A DNA stretch of 64,000 nucleotides from an uncultured Flavobacteriales bacterium (lineage in GTDB: Bacteria > Bacteroidota > Bacteroidia > Flavobacteriales > Schleiferiaceae). Shown piece by piece: positions 12,207-23,672 of the stretch. The stretch lies in assembly GCA_913055685.1 (NCBI GenBank), contig CAJXKC010000001.1, positions 1,395,734 to 1,459,733 on the forward strand, given 5' to 3'. Within the stretch, counting starts at the first letter, position 1; every line of letters starts with the position of its first letter. Under the pieces are notes generated by a model that saw only the letters and a program-made list of their open reading frames with translations, did not search any database and was not told where the DNA came from. Both the position numbers and the translations under genes were made by a program.

Positions 12207-12812
12207 ATGGCTAGATATACAGGCCCCGTTTCAAAGATCGCACGTAAATTTCAAGACCCTATTTTTGGTCCTGATCGTGCCTTAGAAAGAAAAAACTACC
12301 CTCCCGGTCAGCATGGTCCTAACCGTCGTCGCGGGAAGAAGTCTGAGTACGCTATTCAATTAGCCGAAAAGCAAAAAGCCAAGTACACCTATGGTATTTT
12401 GGAGCGTCAATTTGCGAACATGTTCGACAAGGCTTCACGTGCAAAAGGTATTACTGGTGAGGTATTATTGCAATTATGCGAGTCTCGTTTGGACAACATC
12501 GTTTATCGCTTAGGTATTGCCCCTACGCGTCGCGCTGCTCGTCAGTTAGTAGGTCACCGTCACATTACGGTAAACGGCGAGGTAATGAACATTCCTTCTT
12601 ACCACGTTAAGACCAGCGATGTAATCGCAATTCGTGAAAAGTCTAAATCGCTACAAGTGATTTCCGATTCTTTATCTACTCGTAAAGAAACCTTAGAATG
12701 GTTAGAGTGGAATGAGTCTTCTCACAGCGGCAAGATTTTGAGCGTTCCTATGAGAGCACAGATTCCTGAGAATATCAAGGAACAGCTTATCGTAGAATTG
12801 TACTCTAAATAA
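12207..12812 (+). CDS. rpsD: 30S ribosomal protein S4
   Basis: [39 protein letters not shown]. Confidence 0.99.
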   Translation: MARYTGPVSKIARKFQDPIFGPDRALERKNYPPGQHGPNRRRGKKSEYAIQLAEKQKAKYTYGILERQFANMFDKASRAKGITGEVLLQLCESRLDNIVYRLGIAPTRRAARQLVGHRHITVNGEVMNIPSYHVKTSDVIAIREKSKSLQVISDSLSTRKETLEWLEWNESSHSGKILSVPMRAQIPENIKEQLIVELYSK

Positions 12813-12836
12813 TTAATAATCTTAATCCCTACCCTT

Positions 12837-13829
12837 ATGGCGATTTTAAATTTCCAGAAGCCTGATCAGGTTATCATGAACCACGCGACCGACACTGAAG
12901 GTCAGTTTGAGTTCAGGCCTTTGGAGCCCGGTTACGGACTCACGGTGGGTAATGCTTTGCGTCGCGTATTACTTTCTTCATTAGAAGGTTTCGCAATTAC
13001 TTCCGTACGTATCGAAGGTGTAGATCATGAGTTCTCTACCATCAAAGGTGTGGTAGAAGACGTTACAGAGATCATTCTTAACCTTAAACAAGTGCGCTTT
13101 AAGCGTCAGATTGAGGATAGTGAGGATGAAAAAATCAACGTAAGCATTAGTGGCCAAGAGCGCATGACTGCCGGTGATATCGGTAAGTTTGCCAGTGCTT
13201 TCCAAGTGCTTAACCCAGATTTAGTGATCTGTAACCTAGATCCTTCTGTACAACTTTCAATGGATATCACTATTGAAAAAGGTCGTGGTTATGTACCAGC
13301 AGAAGAAAACAAGAAAAGCGGTGATCCAATCGGTACGATCGCAGTAGATGCTATCTATACTCCAATTAAGAACGTAAAGTATAGCATTGAGAACTACCGG
13401 GTAGAGCAAAAAACCGACTTCGAAAAGTTGATCTTGGATATTACTACCGACGGTAGCATTCATCCTAAGAAAGCTCTAACTGAAGCTGCTAAGATTTTGA
13501 TTCAGCACTTTATGTTGGTAAGCGACGAAAAGATCTCTTTAGAAGAAGAAGCAGGAAACGAAGCAGATCGCTACGATGAAGAAATTCTTCACATGCGTCA
13601 GCTCCTTAAGACTAAATTAGTTGATATGGACCTTTCGGTTCGTGCTCTAAACTGTCTTAAAGCAGCCGAAGTTGATACCCTTGGTGACTTAGTAACTTAC
13701 ACCAAGAGTGATCTGATGAAGTTCCGCAACTTTGGAAAAAAATCACTCACCGAATTGGACGAGTTGGTAGAAAGCAAAGGATTGAGCTTCGGTATGGATA
13801 TTTCTAAATACAAATTAGACAAGGACTAG
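12837..13829 (+). CDS. rpoA: RNA polymerase subunit alpha
   Basis: [54 protein letters not shown]. Confidence 0.99.
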   Translation: MAILNFQKPDQVIMNHATDTEGQFEFRPLEPGYGLTVGNALRRVLLSSLEGFAITSVRIEGVDHEFSTIKGVVEDVTEIILNLKQVRFKRQIEDSEDEKINVSISGQERMTAGDIGKFASAFQVLNPDLVICNLDPSVQLSMDITIEKGRGYVPAEENKKSGDPIGTIAVDAIYTPIKNVKYSIENYRVEQKTDFEKLILDITTDGSIHPKKALTEAAKILIQHFMLVSDEKISLEEEAGNEADRYDEEILHMRQLLKTKLVDMDLSVRALNCLKAAEVDTLGDLVTYTKSDLMKFRNFGKKSLTELDELVESKGLSFGMDISKYKLDKD

Positions 13830-13835
13830 TAACCG

Positions 13836-14456
13836 ATGAGACACGGAAAGAAAATTAATCATCTCGGTAGAACCGCTTCCCATCGTAAAGCGATGTTGTC
13901 CAATATGGCCAACAGCTTAATCGAGCATAAACGTATCAACACTACTGTAGCTAAGGCAAAAGCGCTTAAGTTATTCGTTGAGCCCCTTATCACTAAAGCT
14001 AAAAGTGATACTACCCACAACCGTCGTGTAGTATTCTCTTACTTACGCAACAAGAACAGTGTAACTGAATTGTTCCGTGAAGTAGCTGCCAAAGTAGGTG
14101 ATCGTCCAGGTGGATACACTCGTATCATTAAAACTGGAACGCGCTTAGGTGATAATGCGGAAATGTGTATGATTGAGTTGGTAGATTTCAACGAAATCTA
14201 CACCAACGCGAAGAAAGAAGCTAAGAAATCTCGTCGCCGTCGCGGTGGTGCTAAGAAAGAAACTGCTAGTGCTGCGGCACCTGCAGCTGAAGTAAAAGAA
14301 GAAGCACCAGCAGCAGAGGCGGTTGAAGAGACCAAAGCCGAAGAAGCTCCAGTAGAGGAGGCGAAAGCTGAGGCTCCTGCAGCTGAAGAAACCAAGGCAG
14401 AAGACACGACTGCTGAGGAAGCAAAAGAAGATGACGAAAGCAAGAAAGGAGAATAA
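13836..14456 (+). CDS. rplQ: 50S ribosomal protein L17 with long Ala/Glu-rich C-terminal tail
   Basis: [35 protein letters not shown]. Confidence 0.99.
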   Translation: MRHGKKINHLGRTASHRKAMLSNMANSLIEHKRINTTVAKAKALKLFVEPLITKAKSDTTHNRRVVFSYLRNKNSVTELFREVAAKVGDRPGGYTRIIKTGTRLGDNAEMCMIELVDFNEIYTNAKKEAKKSRRRRGGAKKETASAAAPAAEVKEEAPAAEAVEETKAEEAPVEEAKAEAPAAEETKAEDTTAEEAKEDDESKKGE

Positions 14457-14477
14457 TTGTTTTCGGTAGAATAATAG

Positions 14478-14513
14478 AAAGGGATAAGAGCATTAGTTCT
14501 TATCCCTTTTTTT
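14478..14513 (+). terminator. Intrinsic terminator ending the ribosomal superoperon
   Basis: 12-bp stem AAAGGGATAAGA/TCTTATCCCTTT followed by a T-run. Confidence 0.9.
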
Positions 14514-14542
14514 GTGTCTGATAGCTTTTGGGCTTAACTTTG
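14511..14542 (+). promoter_or_regulatory. Bacteroidota housekeeping-sigma promoter for carA-eno-citrate synthase
   Basis: TTTG (14511-14514), 20-nt spacer, TAACTTTG (14535-14542); matches the TTTG-N19-21-TAnnTTTG consensus. Confidence 0.8.
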
Positions 14543-14558
14543 AACAGTTTTTTACACT

Positions 14559-16956
<2,398 letters not shown>

Positions 16957-16965
16957 GCTTTATCA

Positions 16966-18270
16966 ATGGAAAATTTAAAACAGCACTTTTCTACTAAGAT
17001 TGCTCCCGCGGCGCAGGAAATAAAGGATTTCTTGGCGGCCCATGGCGATAAGGTGGTAGGTGAAGTTAAAATTAGTCAGCTTTACGGCGGTATGCGCGGC
17101 GTACAAGCTTTAATTACCGAAACTTCAAAATTGGATCCGGCCGAAGGGATTCGTTTCCGCGGCTATTCAATTCCGGAATTACAGGAAAAATTACCTAAAG
17201 CGCCAGGAGGAAATGAACCTCTTCCCGAAGGTATTTTTTACCTGATGTTGTTTGATGAACTTCCTGATGAAGCAGCGGTAAAAGCAGTAACTGCAGAATG
17301 GAATCGTCGTGCAGATGTGCCCCAACACGTTTTTGATGTATTGGACGCTTTACCAACCGACACGCATCCGATGACTCAGTTCGTAAGTGCAATTATGGCC
17401 TTGCGTACCGAAAGTGAATTCCACACCGCTTACCGCGATGGTATTAACAAGAAAGATTACTGGCAACCTACCTACGAAGACGTAATGAATCTTATTGCTC
17501 GTCTTCCAAGAGTAGCTGCATATATCTACCGCCGTACCTATCACAATGGCGATCATATTGCACCCGATCCGAGCTTAGATTGGGGTGGTAATTTTGCCCA
17601 TATGCTAGGCTTCAACAACGAGGAGTTCCGTGAATTAATGCGAATTTACCTTACTATACACTCCGATCACGAAGGAGGTAATGTATCGGGTCATACTATT
17701 CACTTAGTTGGTTCGGCTTTAAGCGATGCTTACCAGTCTTTTGCAGCGGGTATGAATGGTTTAGCCGGACCATTACATGGATTGGCAAACCAGGAGGTAA
17801 TTCGTTGGACTCTAGGTATGATTGAGGAATTAGGTGGCGGATTACCATCTAAAGAGGCAATCGAGGGATATGTACGTCAAACTTTAGACGGTGGAAAGGT
17901 GATTCCAGGATTTGGTCACGCGGTATTGCGTAAGACGGATCCACGCTACACTGCTCAGCGTGAATTTGCTTTAAAGCACATGCCAGACGATGATTTATTC
18001 CAGGTTATTAGCCGTATCTATGAAGTGGTGCCTAGCGTACTACAAGAATTAGGTAAGGTGAAAAACCCTTGGCCTAATGTAGATGCGCACTCGGGTCAGT
18101 TGCTTATGCATTATGGATTGACCCAATACGATTACTACACCGTATTATTCGGAGTTTCAAGATCATTGGGAACCTTAGCTAGTTTAATTTGGGACCGTGC
18201 CCTAGGTATGCCAATCGAGCGCCCCGGTTCCACCACTACTAAGCTTTTGAAAGAAAAATACGGCGCATAA
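16966..18270 (+). CDS. Citrate (Si)-synthase, eukaryote/mitochondrial type
   Basis: YGGMRG, EGIRFRGYSIPELQEKLPKAPGGNEPLPEG, HSDHEGGNVS, GLAGPLHGLANQEV, PGFGHAVLRKTDPR, NPWPNVDAHSG. Confidence 0.93.
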   Translation: MENLKQHFSTKIAPAAQEIKDFLAAHGDKVVGEVKISQLYGGMRGVQALITETSKLDPAEGIRFRGYSIPELQEKLPKAPGGNEPLPEGIFYLMLFDELPDEAAVKAVTAEWNRRADVPQHVFDVLDALPTDTHPMTQFVSAIMALRTESEFHTAYRDGINKKDYWQPTYEDVMNLIARLPRVAAYIYRRTYHNGDHIAPDPSLDWGGNFAHMLGFNNEEFRELMRIYLTIHSDHEGGNVSGHTIHLVGSALSDAYQSFAAGMNGLAGPLHGLANQEVIRWTLGMIEELGGGLPSKEAIEGYVRQTLDGGKVIPGFGHAVLRKTDPRYTAQREFALKHMPDDDLFQVISRIYEVVPSVLQELGKVKNPWPNVDAHSGQLLMHYGLTQYDYYTVLFGVSRSLGTLASLIWDRALGMPIERPGSTTTKLLKEKYGA

Positions 18271-18291
18271 AGTCCCGCTAAGTTTTATAGG

Positions 18292-18318
18292 AAGGTCACC
18301 TTAATGGTGGCCTTTTTT
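18292..18318 (+). terminator. Intrinsic terminator after citrate synthase
   Basis: AAGGTCACC-TTAAT-GGTGGCCTT then T-run. Confidence 0.8.
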
Positions 18319-19678
18319 ATTGGCTAATGAGTCGGTATACCTGATTACTTTGGCTTGACCTCAAGAAATAGTAACCCGGTTTAAGCGAGGCTTTAATTTT
18401 CCCTTCTTGATAATGGAAGTCATATTCGCGGCCCAGCGCATCCAAAAGTTTCCATTCTTGTGGTCTGAAATCTCCCTTAACGAAAAGTTCATCCTGAAAG
18501 GGTTGAGGAAAAAACTCAAGATTTTCGAGGCCTTTAGGCTTGCGGGTATTTAATCCTTTCGCCATTCCACTGGCTAAAATTAGGGATGGAGCCAGATTAA
18601 AATCGCTGCCAGCGGCATAGAAGCGCCCTTGATTATCACAGATAATTCCTGAACCAATACAGGTAGATGACTTAGCGTAAGTATCTATATGCAAGCGATT
18701 ACCGAGTGAATCACTTTCTACGACAATCATTTCGGTGTTGCCATTTTCGGGTGCAATATAGTATCCGGTAAAAAGGTAGGTGCCGTAGGGACTGATGGCC
18801 ATGTCAAAACAAGCGTCATTCTTCACAACGCCTGGTCGAACGAAAACATCGGAGATTAGATTTAAATTGGTATCTAAACGAGTGAGGGTAATGTCGAAGC
18901 TAACCGAAAAGGCCGATGCACCTTCACCACCAATTACAATCTGATGCTGGTCATTCATCGCAATGGCATTTCCTCCACGGGTGTAACCATTAGAGACAAT
19001 TACCCTTTTCACGAATTGGGCCCTTGCATCAATCTTGGTCACCAAGATATCAAATCTAGTGGGCTGTTGATAATCGGCGGTATAAACCCATCCGCCGAAA
19101 GGCAAGGGACAAATTTCATGAGAAACAAACTCGGCCGTATCCAACTGAAGATGTCGGTCAAGTACATTAAGGTTGGTGTCTAAAATTAAGACCTGTGCAC
19201 CTAGAGGCTGGCCCGATTGGCTCCGAACCTGATTTAATAAGGCCAGTTCGGAATTTTGATTAATCGCAATATCTTGACCTAGCACCACGCTGTCGCCACT
19301 TCCGAAAAAGTTCTGTTGAAGTACATTTCCTGCGGTGTCCAAAATCATTACCCAGGCGCGATCGGTATCGTTCCAATTTTTATCCCCCGCAACGAATAAT
19401 TTGTCCTTATTGAAAAGGATTTGCGAAGCAGTATAGTTCCCAACACCACCGTATAGTTTATTCCAAATCACATTTCCTTGAGGGTCTATTTTGTAAAGAG
19501 CCCATTTTTTACCTGGTAAATGATTGGTGTCACCATTGGCCGAATAGTATAGATTTTGTGTGGAATCGAGGCAAAGTTTAGCCGAGGCAATTAACCTTTG
19601 ATTAGGACCAAAATCCTTCCAATTTGCGCTCTGGGCGGACAATTGAAAGCAAAGTAGGATTAGAAATAGGCTTCTCAT
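18317..19678 (-). CDS. Secreted T9SS cargo protein, probable beta-propeller repeats, function unknown
   Basis: Start moved to ATG 19678 (MRSLFLILLCFQLSAQ signal peptide); repeats like KIDPQGNVIWNK and DTAGNVL; C-terminal FFPQPFQDEL...LKPGYYFLR resembles a T9SS type A CTD. Confidence 0.75.
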   Translation of the reverse strand: MRSLFLILLCFQLSAQSANWKDFGPNQRLIASAKLCLDSTQNLYYSANGDTNHLPGKKWALYKIDPQGNVIWNKLYGGVGNYTASQILFNKDKLFVAGDKNWNDTDRAWVMILDTAGNVLQQNFFGSGDSVVLGQDIAINQNSELALLNQVRSQSGQPLGAQVLILDTNLNVLDRHLQLDTAEFVSHEICPLPFGGWVYTADYQQPTRFDILVTKIDARAQFVKRVIVSNGYTRGGNAIAMNDQHQIVIGGEGASAFSVSFDITLTRLDTNLNLISDVFVRPGVVKNDACFDMAISPYGTYLFTGYYIAPENGNTEMIVVESDSLGNRLHIDTYAKSSTCIGSGIICDNQGRFYAAGSDFNLAPSLILASGMAKGLNTRKPKGLENLEFFPQPFQDELFVKGDFRPQEWKLLDALGREYDFHYQEGKIKASLKPGYYFLRSSQSNQVYRLISQ

Positions 19679-19767
19679 ATTGCGAATGTATAAATCCAGA
19701 TTTTTTTCGTGCAGGATAAATTTAGGTTTAGCGCTATTTTTTAGTCTGGTTTTCAAAAAAATAAGTC

Positions 19768-19775
19768 TAAATTTG
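19768..19775 (+). promoter_or_regulatory. -7 promoter element for rpsA
   Basis: TAAATTTG about 120 nt upstream of the rpsA ATG. Confidence 0.7.
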
Positions 19776-19895
19776 CACTCCTTTTTCTGGGGAGTTTATG
19801 AAACAGGGAAAAGGTTGATTATCACAAAAATGTAATTCTTTCGTCGGTTTGCTCCCGCCTCGTTTCAAGGTCGATGAAATACAAATATTTTCTGC

Positions 19896-21779
19896 ATGTC
19901 AGAAGAAAACAAAAAAGTAGCAGAAGAGGTAGTGGTAAACACTCCTGAGGCTACTACCGAAGCCACTGAAAACGTTGAAGAGGCAAAAGTTGAAGAAACT
20001 GCTGAGGCGAAGGAAGTGGATAACACTGAGTTCGATTGGGAAGAGTTTGAGTACGGAATTGCTTCAAAGGGCAAAGCTCAACGTGAAGAGCTTACTAAGC
20101 TTTACGAAGAGTCTCTTACTTCAATCGACGAACACACCATCACTGAAGGTCTTGTAATTAGCAAAACCGACCGTGAAGCGATTGTAGACATTGGCTACAA
20201 AAGCGAGGGCGTTATTTCTTTAAATGAGTTCCGTTACAATCCAGACCTTAAAGTTGGCGACAAAGTTGAGGTATTGGTAGACAAGCAAGAAGACAAAGAA
20301 GGTCAGTTAGTACTTTCTCACCGTAAGGCTCGTGCTATCAAAGCTTGGGATCGTGTAAATGAAGCTCACGAAAACGAAGAAGTTGTAAAAGGTTACATCA
20401 AGTGTCGTACTAAAGGTGGTATGATCGTAGACGTATTTGGTATCGAGGCCTTCTTACCTGGATCACAAATCGACGTGAAGCCAATCCGCGATTACGATGC
20501 TTATGTAGATAAGAACATGGAATTCAAGATTGTGAAAATCAATCACGAATTCAAGAACGTTGTTGTTTCTCACAAAGCGCTTATCGAAGCCGATTTGGAA
20601 GAGCAAAAACGCGAAATTATTGGCAAGCTAGAGAAAGGTCAAGTACTAGAAGGTGTGGTGAAAAACATCACTTCTTATGGAGTATTTATCGACCTTGGTG
20701 GCGTAGATGGTTTAATCCATATCACCGACTTAAGCTGGAGCCGTATCAACCACCCTTCAGAAGTGGTAGAGCTAGACCAGACTATGAACGTGGTAATCTT
20801 GGACTTCGACGAGGACAAGACCCGTATCCAATTAGGTCTAAAGCAGCTTGAAGCGCATCCATGGGATAACTTAGACACCGAATTGAAAGAAGGTGATAAG
20901 GTAAAAGGTAAAGTAGTGGTATTAGCTGACTACGGTGCTTTTGTTGAAATTATTCCTGGTGTTGAAGGTCTTATTCACGTTAGTGAAATGAGCTGGAGCA
21001 CTCACTTACGTTCTGCTCAAGACTTCATGAAAGTGGGCGACGAGGTTGAGGCAGTAGTATTAACCCTTGACCGCGAAGAGCGCAAGATGTCTCTTGGTAT
21101 CAAGCAATTATCTACTGATCCATGGACCGACATCACTACTAAATATCCTGTAGGCTCTAAGCACGAAGGTGCTGTACGTAACTTCACCAACTTCGGTGTA
21201 TTCGTTGAGCTTGAAGAAGGTATTGATGGTCTAATTCACATCAGCGACTTAAGCTGGACTAAGAAAATTAAGCACCCAAGTGAGTTCACCTCAGTTGGCG
21301 CTAAATTGGAAGTAGTTGTATTGGATATCGACGTTGAAAACCGTCGTTTAAGCCTTGGTCACAAGCAAGTAGAAGACAATCCATTCGAAACTTATGCAAC
21401 CTTATTAGAAGAAGGTAGCGTAATCGAAGCTAAGGTTCTACGTAAGGTGGACAAGGGTGCTGAAATCCTTTTCGAAAACTTAGGTGTTGAAGCTTTCGTT
21501 CCTGCCCGTCACATGGTGAAGGAAGATGGTAGCGAAGTAGCTCCTGATGAAAAGATCGATTTCAAAATTATCGAGTTTAATGCTGACGCCCGTCGCGTGG
21601 TAGCTTCACACACCGAATTGCATAAGCAAGTGAAAGCAGACAAGCAGAAAGCCGATAAAGCCAAAGCTCAGAAAGCTGTTAAGGTGATTAACTCTAATGT
21701 AGAGCGTTCTACTTTAGGTGATTTAGACGCCCTAAGCAAATTAAAAGAGCAAATGGAAGACGAAGAGAATAATGGTTAA
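19896..21779 (+). CDS. rpsA: 30S ribosomal protein S1
   Basis: Repeated S1 domains (YGVFIDLGGVDGLIHITDLSW, YGAFVEIIPGVEGLIHVSEMSW, FGVFVELEEGIDGLIHISDLSW). Confidence 0.99.
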   Translation: MSEENKKVAEEVVVNTPEATTEATENVEEAKVEETAEAKEVDNTEFDWEEFEYGIASKGKAQREELTKLYEESLTSIDEHTITEGLVISKTDREAIVDIGYKSEGVISLNEFRYNPDLKVGDKVEVLVDKQEDKEGQLVLSHRKARAIKAWDRVNEAHENEEVVKGYIKCRTKGGMIVDVFGIEAFLPGSQIDVKPIRDYDAYVDKNMEFKIVKINHEFKNVVVSHKALIEADLEEQKREIIGKLEKGQVLEGVVKNITSYGVFIDLGGVDGLIHITDLSWSRINHPSEVVELDQTMNVVILDFDEDKTRIQLGLKQLEAHPWDNLDTELKEGDKVKGKVVVLADYGAFVEIIPGVEGLIHVSEMSWSTHLRSAQDFMKVGDEVEAVVLTLDREERKMSLGIKQLSTDPWTDITTKYPVGSKHEGAVRNFTNFGVFVELEEGIDGLIHISDLSWTKKIKHPSEFTSVGAKLEVVVLDIDVENRRLSLGHKQVEDNPFETYATLLEEGSVIEAKVLRKVDKGAEILFENLGVEAFVPARHMVKEDGSEVAPDEKIDFKIIEFNADARRVVASHTELHKQVKADKQKADKAKAQKAVKVINSNVERSTLGDLDALSKLKEQMEDEENNG

Positions 21780-21796
21780 TCCATTTTCCTGATACT

Positions 21797-21829
21797 AAAA
21801 CCCCGATGTGAAAGCATCGGGGTTTTTTT
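21797..21829 (+). terminator. Intrinsic terminator after rpsA
   Basis: AAAACCCCGATG-TGAAAG-CATCGGGGTTTT then TTT. Confidence 0.92.
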
Positions 21830-21893
21830 ATTGGTCTATATTGAAATATATTAGCCTACGCTATTGAATGCACTAGCGTTAAAGAATTAGGAA

Positions 21894-23663
21894 TTGAAAA
21901 AGGGGATATTAGTAGCGCTTTTGATAAGCTGTTGTCATTGGCTATTCTCAAATGGCATTGATCAGCAAAATGCGGTAGACTCTCTCAAGAGCTTATTTAA
22001 CAATGGCTTGCATGAGGAGTTAATTTACTACGGTCAGACTCTATTAGATGATTGGCCCAAAGAAGATACGCTTAGTGCCAACTACGCAAGGGTTTTACTC
22101 GACTTAGGTCGATCATATATTCAGTTAGAGGCCTTTCCTGAAGCCTTAGAGTATAACAAGCGTGCATTACGTATTTTTCTAGATAATAAGGATTCGCTAG
22201 GAGTGGCTCGAACCTATTCTAATTTCTCAGGCGTCTATTTCTATACGGACGATTCCGCTAAAGCCTTTCATTATTTAGATCTCGCTAAGCATAATTACCC
22301 AAAGGAAATTGATAATGCTGAAAGGGCGCGTTTTAGTTTCATGGCTGCGCTATTGCATCTGGAGTTTGGGTCCAGTGCAAAAGCTTTTAAGAAAATTGAT
22401 AGTTTAATACAGGAATTAGAGTCAAGTTCCAGTTTAGCTGCCTATGTTGCTGTAACCAGCTTAGGTATAGCTGATTCTTTGGAATTTGTGATTCGTTATC
22501 CTCAAGTGTTAAGTCAAGTAGCCCGATCGGCAGTTAGTACAAATTTTCAACTTACGGCCCTTTTAGAGGCAAGTATTAGCGCTATTCGCTTTGGGCGATT
22601 AGATATAGTGAAACGCTATTATCCACAATTAGAGCAAACTTATCTGGACGTAGGTTCCAACGCATCGATAAGTCAGCAGGTTGACTATCATCAAGTAAAA
22701 GCAAACTTAGAGGCCTATGAAAAAGACTTTGAAAGTGCTTTTCAGACGATGAAAAAATACGGCTCCTTGTTAGTGCAGAAAGATTCGATTCAGGGAAAGG
22801 GTGACCTCCATAAGCTTGAAACTCAAATTCGTATCAAAGATTCTGCTTTGAGGACCAAAGCTCTCGAAACGGAACTGGCCGCAAGTAAGCAAAGAGGGGT
22901 AATTTTAGTTGCTTTAATCGTGGCTTCTCTTATTGCTGTTTTCTCAGTATACCGGATCAATATAAACACACGTGAGCGGAATAAAGCGATTGCGGAAATA
23001 GCCAATACGCGCGGTCGGATGATTTCCATCTTATCCCATGATATTCGTACTCCACTCGGACAGTTGAGTTCTTTGCTGGATCAGTATCAATTGGGACATT
23101 TAGAGGAGGCAGACCTTAAAGTTCTTTTAGATCAAATCAAGGAAACTACGGAGCTTACCACTAAAATGCTAGACAATACCGTAAGCTGGATAAATTTAAA
23201 TCGGGCTGATTTTAGAGTCAAGGAAGAGGAAGTGGTTATTGGTGAATTATTCAAGGACCTCCAAGCTTTACTAAATAATCGATTGCTAGCAAAGAATGTG
23301 AACTTAAAGGTTGAAATCGGCTTTGAGTTCATAAGAAGCGATCGCTTTCTACTGCAAACCGCCTTATTTAACTTACTTAGTAATGCCATTAAGTTTTCAT
23401 CTCATGGAGATCAGATAAGTTTAAGGGCAATTGAGGAAGGTACTAGCTTAAAAATTGAGGTTGAGGATCAAGGTTTGGGTATTGATCCCAAGAAGCTCGC
23501 CGATATTCAAGCGCAAATTAGCACTAGCACAATGGGAACAAAGGAGGAGCTGGGTTCTGGCTTAGGCTTGGTGATAGTGCATGATGCAGTAGAGAAATTG
23601 AAGGCTCGCTTCGAGATAGAAAGTAAGGCCGGTAAAGGTACCCTTTGTCGGATAGTATTTTAA
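21894..23663 (+). CDS. Sensor histidine kinase with TPR-like extracytoplasmic domain (orphan)
   Basis: TTG start; signal peptide; TM GVILVALIVASLIAVFSVY; H-box SHDIRTPL, N-box NLLSNAIKFS, VEDQGLGI, GSGLGL. Confidence 0.9.
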   Translation: MKKGILVALLISCCHWLFSNGIDQQNAVDSLKSLFNNGLHEELIYYGQTLLDDWPKEDTLSANYARVLLDLGRSYIQLEAFPEALEYNKRALRIFLDNKDSLGVARTYSNFSGVYFYTDDSAKAFHYLDLAKHNYPKEIDNAERARFSFMAALLHLEFGSSAKAFKKIDSLIQELESSSSLAAYVAVTSLGIADSLEFVIRYPQVLSQVARSAVSTNFQLTALLEASISAIRFGRLDIVKRYYPQLEQTYLDVGSNASISQQVDYHQVKANLEAYEKDFESAFQTMKKYGSLLVQKDSIQGKGDLHKLETQIRIKDSALRTKALETELAASKQRGVILVALIVASLIAVFSVYRININTRERNKAIAEIANTRGRMISILSHDIRTPLGQLSSLLDQYQLGHLEEADLKVLLDQIKETTELTTKMLDNTVSWINLNRADFRVKEEEVVIGELFKDLQALLNNRLLAKNVNLKVEIGFEFIRSDRFLLQTALFNLLSNAIKFSSHGDQISLRAIEEGTSLKIEVEDQGLGIDPKKLADIQAQISTSTMGTKEELGSGLGLVIVHDAVEKLKARFEIESKAGKGTLCRIVF

Positions 23664-23672
23664 CTTAGCGGT

